A stretch of 64,000 nucleotides of DNA from Heteronotia binoei (Eukaryota): the NCBI RefSeq assembly GCF_032191835.1, contig NC_083243.1, forward strand, positions 54,126,001-54,190,000, written 5' to 3'. The notes below the pieces were generated by a model that ran no database searches, was not told where the DNA came from, and saw only the letters and a program-made list of their open reading frames with translations. The translations under genes and the position numbers were made by a program. Below are positions 25,885-38,879 of this stretch, piece by piece; position 1 is the first letter of the stretch, and every line of letters starts with the position of its first letter.

Positions 25885-28800
25885 TTATATATAATTCTTA
25901 GTGATGACAAGTCACAGTCACCATGATCTATTTTTTCCTGCACATTTAACTCAAATGAGATTTACTTGTTGTTGTAAATGAGATTTACTCCAAAGTATGT
26001 ATGTATAGGACCTCCAGACTTTCAGTGCTATTGATTTCAGTGGGGGAATCACACGTGTTTAAATCCTTCCCACTGAAACAAGGGAGATATTTTTTTCTGG
26101 GGATTCTGCTTATTCACAAATTACAGGGAGAAGGAATAGCAAAGTTAACAAATGAGGGATGAGGTACTGGTCAAAGGAAGGAAAAGGAAGAAAGGGGCTC
26201 AGAAAGCTTTTTAAAACTACAAAACTTTATGTGCAGTTCCAGTTTACATTCCATTCCATCTTTTTACTGTACAATCCTAAACAGAGTTACGTCCTTCTAT
26301 GATAGTATCGCACTACAAGTGGTCAGTCATTCTCCACATTCCTTTTCTGATTCAAAACAAAATCTATTTTGAAGAAAAACTATTAAAAACTTGATTTTGG
26401 AGAAATCACCAGCTCCTATAATCTCCTTACACAAGTGGCAACCCAAATGTCTGTCCAATTGTTCAGCGAAACATGAAGCTAATGGAAATTTATTTGTTTG
26501 TTCTATTGATAACTCTCTTTTCTGCCAAGAACCCAGAGCAGAATACACAGGCCATGTATCTAAATGATTCTTTATGTATTTTAATATAAATAGAATCTCT
26601 CCCATCCAGGCTGTGATTCTAAACCTGCTTTCTTGCAAATAAGCTCTTTTGAGATCAATGCAGCTCATTTCTAAATAAATGTGTTTGGGAATGGGTGTAA
26701 AACATAGTCTAATACATCTATGTTGGTCCATGAGACATTAAAATGAACTTGTGTTCTTTAGTTTCATATTTTCCCACATAGCACATTGACAGCCACCTTG
26801 GGCAAATTCCCTTGACAGACAAATAGAAATTATCTTAACAGTAATAATAAGCACCATAAGGCTAGTGGATACTACACTCACAATAACTATTAATAACATC
26901 TGCATATTTAAAAATAACTTCTAGTTTAGAACTAGTATTACTTCCTTTTGTGAAATGTAACATTACCGCCACTGCATGAACACTAAAACAAAAAAATCCT
27001 AAAACAAAAATATCACAAAGGATTTTTTAAAAATTGCAAATTCAAATCTATCCAATGTATGCCCAGTTATAACTTTCCATCATTTTATTTTTAAAAAAAT
27101 CAATGAAGTTTCCATTAATGAGTATGTTTTGATGCAGAGAGACTTAGATTTCTTTTCTTACCCTCAGCTTTATGTTGAAAGGGGGTGGGGTTAGTTTTGT
27201 TTTAGGAAATGCAACATTTAAATTCATATTATTTTAAAGAGAACTCTCTTTTAGTTCCAGTGCCCAGTAAACAGCACTTAGGCAGAGAACTGATAAGGAG
27301 TAACATAATGCTCAGTTTTTCTTCTCTTAGCATTCTGAAAACACTTGCTCTTCCTCTTCTGCTAATCCTATTGTAAGTGACCTGGGCACCATAGAGATCT
27401 CTGACACGTCTGTGATGTGACTGCTGCCAGCACCAGTGTCAAGCTTTGCTCTACTGTGTTGCCAATTGGACAGTAAACATCCTCTTGACTTCACCTCTTG
27501 GAAATGATGCATTCTACACACTGTTCTCCCTCCTCTTTAGTGTGCATATCCCACATTGGAAACACATACACTGTGATACACCCAAATAGCATCTGGGAGC
27601 AGAAAAAAATGGAAACACGACTCCAAGGGATGATGCCAACAGAGGAGATAGTGTAAAGCTTCCTTCCACATTCCTCTCATACTGCAAATCTCAGTGAATA
27701 TCAGGCTACCCAGACCAGTTTCTGGATCCTGGAAAGCCACCAGTTCTATGGCTAATCTACCTAGAAAGCAATCTACATTCCAACACAATAGTCTAACAGG
27801 ATATGTTTAAAATGAGAAGAAATACAGCTTTTAAAAAAAGAGAACAAAAATTTAGGTCAGGTCACTAACAATAAAGCAAAATATATTGTAAAGAATTTAC
27901 ATGTTCCCTATAAGATAGCCAAGATGCTTTTGAATTAACTCCCAGCACTTAAAATCTAAAGGATTGTACCAGATCAATAACAGTGTTAACAAAAGACGCT
28001 TGTTAATACAAGAGGCTTCTTCTGTAATCAGCCCTTTATTTAGATTTTCTTTCGTTATCTGCAAATTTTCTTGAGACATCTTTGCTTTAGCCCTCACAGA
28101 ATCACAGCCAGTATGGGTGGAGCAAGCTTGTTCAACCATTCTATTCTTTTTCGTTCTGAGCAAATTGAAAAGTCACACTGTGCATCCTTAAGATTTGGGG
28201 AAATTGGAATAGGGGTCTATAATTTTTCTCAGTAAATAGATTTGCTATTAAAAACAACTGGTAGAATTTATCCTTTTGTGATTCAGCCTTAAATTTCGTT
28301 TTTAAATTATCTCTTCCATTAGTCCCTTTTGTTTAGAGAGAAAAAATATATAAGATGTCGTCTGGGGGGGAGGTTTACATACTTGAGAGATTTCTAGCTC
28401 CTCTGGGCTCTGCCTTTACTTGGTGAAGGGCAAGTGTTTGTTACATTTTAAAAAATCATATATACTGGACAAGAAAATAAAAAACAAATTATAAAATTGA
28501 AATGCTAAAAGAATCAATTGCCTGCCTTCTTTAATTCTGCTCCAGCCCGGTTCTAATCCCAATACAAAATGTACCCCAATTCTAACCTTGATCTAGATTT
28601 TGAACCCACTCCCTTAGATTAATCCAGTTAGTCTAGCAAATGTCTGCCACATTGTTTTGAACCCTGTCTATGAAACTGAGGCATGATCTTTGCTTGACAG
28701 CGGCGAAGCCTGAGTGGAGGGGGGGGGGGGAGAGAAGCTGAGTCCTCAGTCGGCCTTTTCCAGGGACATTTTCTTAATCCACACATTCTGCATCTTACCA

Positions 28801-29761
28801 AGATTAGTCTAATTGTGATCAGACCATGATGGGATAAATGGATGTTGTGTCTCTCTCCTTTGTCTCTTGGTCAGAAAATATTGGAATTGTTGTTTGCTCT
28901 CTGGGGACAGCGGCCCCCAGTCTGTCCTTGCAGACCACCTCCGGGTCGAACCAGGTGAATTTCATTTAAGGGGAGGCAAAAGGACAGGGCCAGGTTGCCC
29001 ACTGAACCCGTGGCAGACCACGACAAGGGATGCGCATTTCCTGGGGAAGCCTGGTCACTTTCTTCTCTCCTCGGCAGCTTGTCTTATTTCCAAGCACCTC
29101 TTGGAAAGCTTAAAGCACTTCATTGCTAACCGGGAGGGAGCCAGGCACCAAAAAAAACAAAAATCGCAGTGGCAAAACTGAGACAAAGCGAAACAAACAG
29201 AATAATCATTCCGTTGCACCACCGCCACCTTTGGTCATGCCCCTGTTGCTGAGGCCTGCCTGGGCAGGTGCCCGTCATAGGAGACATGCGTTGTATAAGG
29301 GTCTGGTTGGGGTCGGGGCTGTCTGCCTCGGAAAGGGTCCCAGCCGTGGCAAAAAAACCCTTCCGATCTCTTTCTTTCAAAAGAATGGCAGAGCGCAGCC
29401 CACCGGATGGCTGGAGAGCAACCCGCCCGAGAGCTCCCAGCGGACAGCTCCTTCGGCGCTGAGTCTTTTGACAAAGGATCGCCGGACAAGGAAAGCGGCC
29501 TAGACCCCCCTGGCAAGGCCGACTCGACTGCTGCAGCTGCCTGCCCGAGAGGAAGGCCGGGCAGCGCAGCAGGGCAGAGCGTCCGCGACTGGAAAGACTG
29601 TTGCCCGCCGGGCGCCTGGCCTGGGAACGTTGCCCTTTGTGGCTGGCTGGCTGGCTGGCAACCCCCGCGCTGGCCAGCATCAGGGCAGGGCCGGCCTGCA
29701 GGACTGCGTTGGGGGGCGCCCGGGCAGGAGGCTGAGTCTCTCCCGAGGGCGGAGGGCTTAC

Positions 29762-29846
29762 CTGTGGCGTCTCTTCTTCCGCTTCTTGCTCTGGTTCAAG
29801 GAGGATTTGGACATTTTCCTGTCGCTGGAGGAGACATCCTCGGAAT
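29762..29846 (-). CDS. VSX2: VSX2 coding exon 2 ([29 protein letters not shown]; basic NLS and start of homeodomain)
   Basis: 85-nt exon bounded by ccccAG| and |GTAAG; frame continuous with exons 1 and 3. Confidence 0.97.
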
Positions 29847-30924
29847 CTGGGGACAGAAAGGAGGCAGCGATGGATGGGGCGCCGCCAGCAAGGGCCGAGC
29901 CGAGGGGATCCCCCGGGCACTTCAGCCGGCCGGCACTGCTGGAGGAAGGAAGGGGCTCTCCCCCCGGGCCTCGGCCTTCACTTGCCCGGATCGGGTCCCC
30001 GGGGGCCTTTTTTCGTTTGCTCGGCTCCAGTTTCGTTTCCTTGGGGACGAGGGGGGGGGGGTTCTCGCTCGCTCTCTTCGGCCTCTTTCTCCTGAGCAGC
30101 AGCAACCGGCGTCCCCTTTTCTCCCTCCTAAACTTGGGTCCTAGTTTTAATTCCAGGCCAGCGATTTGTCTGACATCCCCCCTGCTTTTTCTATCTAAAA
30201 CTTTCTAAAAAATGGGGAATAATCATAAGAATTACAGTCGAGAAGGCCCAATGCCTTCCCAAGCGCAAGAGACGGATCGGGACGAGTTTGAGGAGAGAAA
30301 CGTCAAAGCCGGGGGGAGCTCCGGAGCCCTTCCTGCCCCCCCCCCACCCCTTTCATTTGTACAGGGCAAGGCACAAAAGCTCTGAAGTTTAACTGCCAGG
30401 GGTGTAGACCCCCTCGACTGGGGGTTATTATATGTCCTAAAATAAGGACTGGCCTGTCCAGGCGTCACAAGTTGCCTTCCTTTCTTTGAATCTCTTTGGT
30501 TGGGATTGCTCTAGATTCCTTTTCTGTCGTTTAAATGTTTGTTTCGTTGTATTCCCCTGGGGTTTATTCAGATACGTGGGAAACTTGACCTCGGGATGCG
30601 CGGTTGCCGCCAAGCAGCCGCTGGCCTCACCTTTCGAGCTCCTTGGTGGCGCTCAGGACGGAGAAGAGGCGATTCGAATGGGATTCGAATCTGGTCCCCT
30701 GGCTCTCCATCCCGGGGCTCAGCAGCGCTTCTCTTTCGCCGCCCGATTCGTTTAGGGGCAGCTCTGGGTCCGGAGAGCGAGCGAGGGAGGGAGGGAGGGA
30801 GGGAGGGAGGCCAGGAAGGGCCCAGGCGGAGGCTCCGCTGGCAGGTGGGGGCGCAGAGCGGTTCCCTCCCTCCCTCCCTCCCCCTCCCGCGAGAGAGCCG
30901 TCGAGGGTCCCCGGCCTGCTCTAC

Positions 30925-31372
30925 CTGAGCTGGCCGTCTGGCTGGTGTCGAGCGGCAGGGGCGCTCGGCCGAGCGGCTGCAGGTGGACGCCGGGCGGGTC
31001 TGCCAGCACCTCCAGGAAGGTGGGCTGCGCGTAGAAGCCGGGCAGGGTGCCGGCGCCCAGCAAGCCCATGCCCACGCCGGCGGGGCTGAGGACCGAGCGG
31101 GCGGCCAGCAGGTGGCCGGCGGGCAGGGCGTCGAGGGCGGCGCGCGGGTGCGGCGGCGGCGGCGGCGGCGGCTCCTTGTTCAAGCCCAAGATCTCCTGGA
31201 TGCCGAAGCCGGTGCAGCGCGGCGCTGAGGGGGTGGAGGCGGCCTTGGCCCCCGGGGCCGCCGCGCCCCCCGCCCCGGGCTGCCCGGAGGCCGTGGGCGG
31301 AGGCGCGCCGTCGGGTGCTTTTGGCTTGCTCGGGAGGCCGCGGGCCAGCGCCTCGCCCGCCTTGCCAGTCAT
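30925..31372 (-). CDS. VSX2: VSX2 (CHX10) coding exon 1: N-terminus, eh1/octapeptide FGIQEILG, ends TASS + G (phase 1)
   Basis: ORF 30752..31372 starts MTGKAGEAL...[17 protein letters not shown]...FLEVLADP...LDTSQTASS, matching vertebrate VSX2. GT donor (CAG|GTAGAG) at 30924-30923; 448 nt. Confidence 0.97.
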
Positions 31373-31432
31373 GCCGCGGCCGGTCCCTGGTGCCCGCTGG
31401 GGGAATGCTCGGGAGCCCCCGCCTCAGGCCCC

Positions 31433-31483
31433 TTTTATACGCCCAGCCCGGAGCCCGCGCGGGGTCAGAGCCGAGCAGCCAAT
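31433..31483 (-). promoter_or_regulatory. VSX2 core promoter: TATAAAA (31433-31439, minus) and CCAAT box (31479-31483)
   Basis: TATAAAA lies about 60 nt upstream of the ATG, with a CCAAT motif about 40 nt further upstream, inside a CpG island. Confidence 0.75.
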
Positions 31484-32492
31484 CACAGGGGCCAGCCAGC
31501 CGCGAGGAGGCATTCCAAAAAGCCCGAGCAGACCGGGCGGGCGGGCGGGCGGGCGGGGGGAGGGAGGGAGGGGGCAGAGCCGTCAAGGGGCGGCCTGGCT
31601 TGGGCTGAGCGGGAGGCTGTGCGCCGCCGAGGCGCCTGAAGGGACCACGCGGGGCCAGGGAGCCGCCTGCCTGCCTGCCTGCCTGCCCGAGGGCAGCTGA
31701 GGGCGGCGGCCGACGGCGACTAGAGGCGGGCTGGCTCTTCTCCGCCTCCCTCGGCTGGGACAGGAGCAGGTGGGTGTGGGGCCACGAGCCGAGCGGGGCT
31801 GCCAGGTGCGGGCAAGGGGGGAGGGGCAGCGGGGGGGCTGTGAGGGAGGGGGGAGGGCTCTCAGGGCCGCGGCAGCCCCAGGGGACGCCCCCCCCCCGTT
31901 CACCAATGCGATCCATTCCAGTTCTCCGGAGGGCTGTTCAGATCCCCATTCTGGGCTCTCTTCTTCTTCCCGCTGCTCCGGGGGTCGGCATTCCAGACGG
32001 GTCGGATGAACGGCAGGCCGAGCATTGCTGGGGGCGGGGGGGGGGGGGTGTCGCCACGAACTTCTTTGCAAAGGGTCTCCTTGGCCAAGTCCACGTTTCC
32101 GAATTGGGGTCTGAATGGCTCACCGCTGGCTCACCTAACCCTACTGCTTTCTGTGGTGGTGGGAAAACGCCGCTGCTTTCAAAAAAAATTTCAAGGAAAC
32201 AAATTTTTTGGTGGGTCCCCCCCCCCCACACACACACACCCATCAGAACGCATTATCGATTCGCAAGGAGTTTGGAAATTCGTTCTTCGTTAACTCTTGA
32301 ATGCCAGGAGAAGATGGGTTTGCAGTGTGCAGGACTGTCAACGAGCGCGTCGTTCTTCTGACAGGCGTAAAGCAAGACGAAGTTTACAATTAGTGTTGTA
32401 ACTGGATGTAAATAAGAGATCAAGGCTCAACCAGCACCAACAAGGAGGGTATTCCGACCAACACAAAACAAAAACATCTGAGTGTATTCCTG

Positions 32493-32530
32493 GTCTTGAT
32501 ATAATTAGCTTTCTAGAATGCAAATTGGTG
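32493..32530. promoter_or_regulatory. POU octamer ATGCAAAT (32518-32525) with adjacent TAATTAG homeodomain site, about 1.1 kb upstream of the VSX2 ATG
   Basis: Motifs read directly from the sequence. An upstream POU site is reported to be needed for mouse Chx10 expression; orthology not verified. Confidence 0.45.
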
Positions 32531-34383
32531 CTTTTTAAAAAATGACACCGTTCCTGTCCCTGGAAAACCAAATGTTAAACACAGAATTCTCAAACACATA
32601 CACACCAGACACACACACACACAGAGAATAAAATGCACAAATAGAAATCGATTATTTCAAACATATTAAAATCAAGGATACTTTGTTTTAAAAATAGAAT
32701 CTGGATCCAGTAATTTAAAGATTACCCACTGTCACTGTGTCAAAAATGTATTCGACATCTGATGTTTTATAAAATAGGTTAATTCAGCACATCTCCTGTG
32801 TTGAACTCAGATAATCTGAATTTAATCTTATTTTAAAAATAATTGTAACACAGCACTCAACATTTATATTAATAGAATAATTTCAAATGAGTGCAAATTA
32901 AAATGAATCCAGATTCAAATCCAGATTAAAAGTTTTAAAAATAGTTTTTGTGGGTTTTTTTCATCCAAATAATTTTGGAATTTGATTTGCAAACATACTT
33001 TACTGTTTCCACTTTAAACTAAAAGTTTAGCTGAAAGTAATCCATAAGTATAGGGGGTGGAGAGGTTTAGATTTGAGACTGGAAGAATATCACCATATTC
33101 TGAACAACAAAGGAAATAACTGCATGTACAAAACACTGCTCCTTAAACACTTTGTCCATTCATTAATTATACCCTTGCATTTAATAAGGGGAAAGCATCC
33201 CTTCTTTCTCTGACAAGTAGATAGAGCATTTTCTCTCCCCCCCACCATCCGCCCAGGTTCTCTAATACAATTTCTGACATCTCTTGTCACATGCCATAAT
33301 TATATAAAAAGAACCTCCTTTTTTAGCCATGCTGTGACACCCACAACCACTTCATGTAACATTAAAATTCCAGCATGGAAGTTAATTTTTTATATAGAAA
33401 CCTACATAAAATAGACACATATGCATTCATCACACTTGAGAAACTGTTGAGAACCGCACATGGGGTTCAAGCAAATAGAACTAACTTCCTTGTAAGATCT
33501 TTGTCTTCCATCACCTGAATCTTCTGACTATGACTGAGCTATCGGGGTATTACAATAAATAATAAAAGCATTGTGCACCACTTGTGACAGAAACGGAACA
33601 ACTGACTATATATTTTTATTCTAGCAGTTTCTAGCTTTGTCCTAGCACAAGAGGGCTTCCCAAACTCTTATTTCTATCAGCATAACCAAGCTTTCATCTT
33701 CTCCCCCCTTGTGTCAAAAGTAATTGTATTATAAATGCTTGTGTGCCCTATATGAGTCAATAACCACAGAAAAAGGGGTGGCATTAATCACTCAGGGATT
33801 TATAGGGTTTCTGCCCCCTTTTTTAAAGGACAAAGTCATTTTTAGAAGACCATAAGATGAGACAGGAAATGACCCTTTAAATACCTGAACCATCATGCTC
33901 TTGGCTTTTTGTCTACAGCCATGAGGTCTAGATACACAGTTGCTTTTAAACTGAAAGCTAATTTGTTTACCAGGCTGTTTTAAAATCCTGCCCTTCTTCC
34001 AAGGAGCTCAGGCAAGTGTACTATAAATCACTGTCTTGATCTTGACAGTAGCTTGGTGTATTTCTAGTTTCCAGATGATTCAAATGCTTGATCTGCATAT
34101 TGTTTTGCTTTTAGATCACAATGTTTCTGCCATTGGATCACACATTCAATTCAATGGTAGACTGCAATTTCCCATGCAAAACAATCATCTGGGTATGATG
34201 GCTGGCTTTCCACTTAAGAGACCTCAAATAGGACTAGGGGAGAATATTTGCCTAAAAACCTAAAGAACTGACTTGGAAATCTCACTGCCAATTTATTAAC
34301 CACAACTAAGAATAGAGCATACCCAGTGAACAGCTTTCAGTTCAATTCATGTGCCATTTTAGGTCTGTCCATCAGTGTTGTCT

Positions 34384-34613
34384 GAGAGCCAGTTTGGTGT
34401 AGTGGTTAAATGTGCGCTTATCTGGGAGAACTGGATTTGATTCACCACTCCTCCACTTACAGCTGCTGGAATGGCCTTGGGTTAGCCATAGCTATCACAG
34501 GGCAGCTACTGTGAGCGCCCTCTCAGCCCCACCTACCTCACAGGGTGTCTGTTGTGGGGGGAGAAGATATAGGAGATTGTAAGCCACTCTCAGTCTCTGA
34601 GTCAGAGAGAAGT
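34384..34613 (+). mobile_element. Squam3-like SINE, tail truncated at the BovB junction
   Basis: gagagccagtttggtgtagtggttaa head; body matches other copies. Confidence 0.8.
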
Positions 34614-36051
34614 TTTGTTGTTCAGTCGCACAGTCGAGTCTGACTCTTCGCCACCCCATGGACAAAGTCACACCAGGCCCTCCTGTCTTACACCATCCTC
34701 CAAAGTCTGCTCAAATTTGTGTTTGTTACATCAGTAATGCTGTCTAGCCATCTCATCTTTTGTTGTCCCCTTCTTCTTTTGCCTTCTGTCTTTCCCAGTA
34801 TTAGGGTCTTCTCCAGGGAGTGCTCCCTTCTCATTTGGTGGCCAAAGTATTTGAGCTTCAACTTCAGCATCTGACCTTCCAGGAAATTGGGTTGATTTCC
34901 CTTAGGACTGACTGATTGGATCTTCTTGCAGTCGAAGGGACTCTCAAGATTCTTCTCCAGCACCACAGCTCAGAAGCATCGATTCTTCTGCGCTCGGCCT
35001 TCCTTATGGTCCAGCTCTCACAGCCATACATTACTACTGGGAATACCATTGCTTTGACTATACGGACTTTTGTTGGCAGGCTGATGTCTCTGCTTTTTAT
35101 TATACTGCCCAAGTTCACCATAGCTGTCCTCCCAAGGAACAAAAGTCTTTTAATGTTATGGCTACAGTCACCATCTGCAGTGATCTTGGATCCCAGAAAT
35201 GTGAAGTCTTTCACTACTTCCATGTCTTCCCCTTTTATTTGCCAAGGTGTGATGGGGCCAAATGCCACAATCTTAGTTTTTTTGATGTTGAGTTTCAAGC
35301 CTATTTTTGTGCTCTCCTCTTTCACCTTCAGCAAGAGGTTCTTTAGATCCTCCTCACTTTCTGCTATTAGAGTGGTATCATCTGCACATCTGAGGTTGTT
35401 GATGTTTTTTCCAGCAATCTTAATTCCGGTTTGTGCTTCATCCAGGCCAGCATTCCGCATGATGTACTCTGCATATAAATTAAATAAGCAGGATGACAAT
35501 ATACATCTTGTCGAACTCCTTTTCCTATTCTAAACCAATCAGTTGTTCTATATCCCTTTCTGACAGTTGCTTCTTGACCCTTATACAGGTTTCTCAGAAG
35601 ACATGTGAGGTGGTCTGGTACTCCCATCTCTTTAAGGACTTGCCACAGTTTGTTGTGATCCACACAATCAAAGGCTTTAGCATAGTCAATGAAACAGAAA
35701 TAGATGTCTTTCTGATACTCCCATGCTTTCTCCATAATCCAGCGAATGTTGGCAATTTAATCTCTAGTTCCTCTACCTCTCCAAAACCCAACTTGAACTT
35801 CTGGTAGTTCCCGATCTGCATACTGCTGAAGCCTAGCTTGTAGGATTTTTAACATGACCTTGCTGGCATGTGAAATGAGTGCAATGGTGCAATAGTTTGA
35901 ACATTCTTTGGCATTACCCTTCTTTGGGATTGGAATATAAACTGACCTTTTCCAATCCTGTGTCCACTGTTGCGTTTTCCAAATTTGTTGACATAATGTG
36001 TGCATCACTTTAACAGCATCATCTTTTAGAATTTGAATAGCTCAACTGGCA
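34614..36051 (-). mobile_element. 5'-truncated RTE-BovB LINE (RT domain, frameshifted)
   Basis: ORF fragments QQWTQDWKRSVYIPIPKKGNAKECSNY..., NINNLRCADDTTL, LWCWRRILRVP; BovB-type 3' end with (aac) tail at 34614-34625. Confidence 0.93.
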
Positions 36052-37050
36052 ATGTATGCCCATATAGGCCATGTACTTTCTGAACCAGAGAGGTCAAAAC
36101 CTCTCTAGAAAGTTTTGCAAAAAGGAACTCACCTCCTCTGGGAGGTCATTCCAGAGCCTCAGGCAATTGTGGTAAAGGCCTGGCTCCTTTCAGCAGATGT
36201 TCTTACCTCCCAAAGCAAAAGTAGTTGCAGGAGGGCCTGACTCACCAAGGCCAGCTGCTATGGCGTCTTATACAGGGCGAGGCAGTTTCAAGTAAGCCCC
36301 AGACTATGTTGAAGGGCTTTAAAGGAATGCACCAGAACCTTTAATTCAGGAACAAACAGGCTGTAGTTGCTGGGATTTCATATGAAGACCCACATAGAAC
36401 AGTCAGTTCTTCAGGTTATGAAAATATTGATTACATGGAAAGATTTGCCTTCTTCAAGAAAGATCTACTACACAATAACAACAGTTGGTCAAGGCATGAT
36501 CCAGTATCTCCCCCAGGCTCCATGCCTGCTCCCACTATGCTTCTCCAGAGCACTGCTATTCTCCACCAACATTACCTCTCCTTGTCTGGATTCAGTTGTG
36601 CCTTGTTTAACCTCCTCCACATGACTAAAGTTTCCAAACTATTGTTTAGAACTAAGACAAAGCTCCTCAGTTAACACATTATAGAGCTTTGTGTCATCAG
36701 GTAATGATTTGATCATGGCAGGGGCCTAAATCCAGTGCCTCCAATCACTATCCCATCAAAGTCTAGTCCAGCCCAGAAAGGTAAATCTAGTATACTACAT
36801 AGCAGTGCAGAAAGATAAAGCTAGTATACAACATATGACAAGCATAGGTCCTATAAGAATCTGGAACTGTCCCAAAGATGCTATGGAAATTATGTAGTTC
36901 TGAGCTGCACAAGGGCTTTGACCTGAATGTTGAAGTCATCCAGTCCCATCAGTCATGGGCTTCTGTAACACAGTATATCTTCAGATATTTCACAGATGAC
37001 ATCTAGCAGCATCCCTGTTCTCATACCATGTATGTATGTAGGTATGTATA

Positions 37051-37234
37051 CAGGGCTTTTTTTGTAGCAGGAACTCCTTTGCATATCGGACCACCTCCCT
37101 CCCCCAGTGTAGCCAATCCTCCAAGAGCTTAAAGGGCTCTTAGTACAGGGCCTACTGTAAGCTCCAGGAGGACTGGCTACATCAGGGGTGTGTAACCTAA
37201 TATGCAAAGGAGTTCCTGCTACAAAAAAGCTCTG
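37051..37234. mobile_element. Palindromic hAT MITE (CAGGGCTTTT family) in a (TATG)n tract
   Basis: Whole element is an imperfect inverted repeat; same family as 61300-62265. TSD obscured by the microsatellite. Confidence 0.8.
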
Positions 37235-37562
37235 TGTATGTATGTACATGTGTATATATGTTTGTATGTATGGTTTATATCACTGTCCAAGCAAAACTCT
37301 CCCTATATTTTGTTGAAGACTCCTTGCTACCTAGTGCCTAACAATTTCTGAAGGAGAACATGTTAATAAGTGACTGTAACAGTTTTCTTTTTAAAATACA
37401 AATGAATTTAATAAATTGTTAATTTCACAATAATGGTACATCTTCAGCAACATTTATCGTCTGCAGTAAAGGAATAGGCAGATATGTATCCAGTGCAACC
37501 ACTCAGATCTTCGAAATAACCCTAAGGACTTTAAGGAATACAATGACTTTTACTCTCTAGCA

Positions 37563-38169
37563 CAGGGGTGTCAAACCTTCAGTTCGGGGGCTAAACCAGG
37601 CCCTTGAAGGGCTCCTATCAGGCCCCCGAGCAATTGGCTGTCATCTACTTTCTTCTTCCTATATGTTGCCTCCTTCTGCATAACAGCTTGCTTTGCAAGG
37701 CTTGCTCAATTGCACAGGAGCTACAGAGCAAAACTTCTATTTTCTCCATTGGCTGAGGCTCCTCCCTTGGAGAGGAAGGGAGGAGGAATAGCTTGCTTTG
37801 CCAGGCTTTCTCAATTGCACAACAGAGCTACTGAGCCAAGCCTCTCTTCCTTCTATTGGCTGAGCCCCCCCCCATCCCCTTGGGAAGGAAGGAAAGAGCC
37901 AGAGCTTCCTTTGTCCCGTTCCCTGGATCCCGTGGGAGAAATACAAAGAAAGCATTTAAGACCAATGAATGCTATCATTTAAAGCATGTTTTAAGTTTTT
38001 AAAAAATATATATTTGTGTTTGTGTTCTTTATAAAATTTATATCTCTGCTATTACCTACTTTTAAATAGGTGCACACACGGCCCTGCCCAACATGGCTTG
38101 GCCCAACCCAACATGGTCCGGCCCGACAAGGTCTCATTTATGTCAGCCCCGGCCCTCATAACACCCCTG
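37563..38169. mobile_element. hAT (Charlie-like) non-autonomous element
   Basis: TIR caggggtgt / acacccctg; perfect 8-bp TSD ctctagca. Confidence 0.88.
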
Positions 38170-38879
38170 CTCTAGCAGCTTGTGTAGTCTTAGACGTTTA
38201 GAGACATATGGTGACTATGGCCCTAACTTTCAGAGATCTGCACAGAGGCTTCTGAAGCTAGAAACACTGTATGTACATTAACAAACATTTTAAAAGAAGT
38301 AGCAGACATCTCTCTCCAAAAGCCAAAATAGGGATAGTTTTTTATTTGGTTTGTGTAAACAGATACAAGAAAGCCTTTAAGTGTGGTACACCACAAATCA
38401 ACAGTGTTATAGATACATATCTAAATTTTCACAGCTCTTTCTATGAAGAAAACATTCATAACTGTGAAATACTCCTTTTGGACACTTAAAACTTCACCGA
38501 CAGGCTTCAGCTGATCCAGAAGACAGCAGTCACTCCCCAGATGAGGATGGGCATCTGCAGCTACATTACAACAATGCTCTTGAGTCTGCACTGACTTCTT
38601 CCAAACTCCTAAGCAAAATTAAAAGAACCAATTTTACATAAACTCTCCACTGAGTAACTGAAGCATGGTTGCCTAATATTCTCTAAGAAAGGGAATGTTA
38701 ACTAATGCATTTTCTATTCTTACTGCTACCTACAAACAGTAACAATGGTAGGAATCAAGCCCTGAGGCCGAGGATGGACTTCTTGAGGAGGCTTACAATG
38801 AAAAACCACAGTATTGAAGCACAAACCATTAACACAAACCATTTGACAGAAGCAGCATAAAAATAATCCATAAAACAGA

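Larger units (their letters stand above)
29200..32400. other. CpG island spanning VSX2 promoter, exon 1, intron 1 and exon 2
   Basis: Visibly very high GC and CpG density relative to AT-rich flanks; boundaries approximate. Confidence 0.9.

Noticed and set aside
29126-32361. Many long overlapping ORFs on both strands (e.g. 30921..31916 minus 331 aa; 29126..29920 minus 264 aa; 29407..30144 plus 245 aa)
   Set aside because: Expected from stop-codon scarcity in a GC-rich island; low-complexity translations with no recognisable domains. Only the VSX2 exon frames have matching splice sites.
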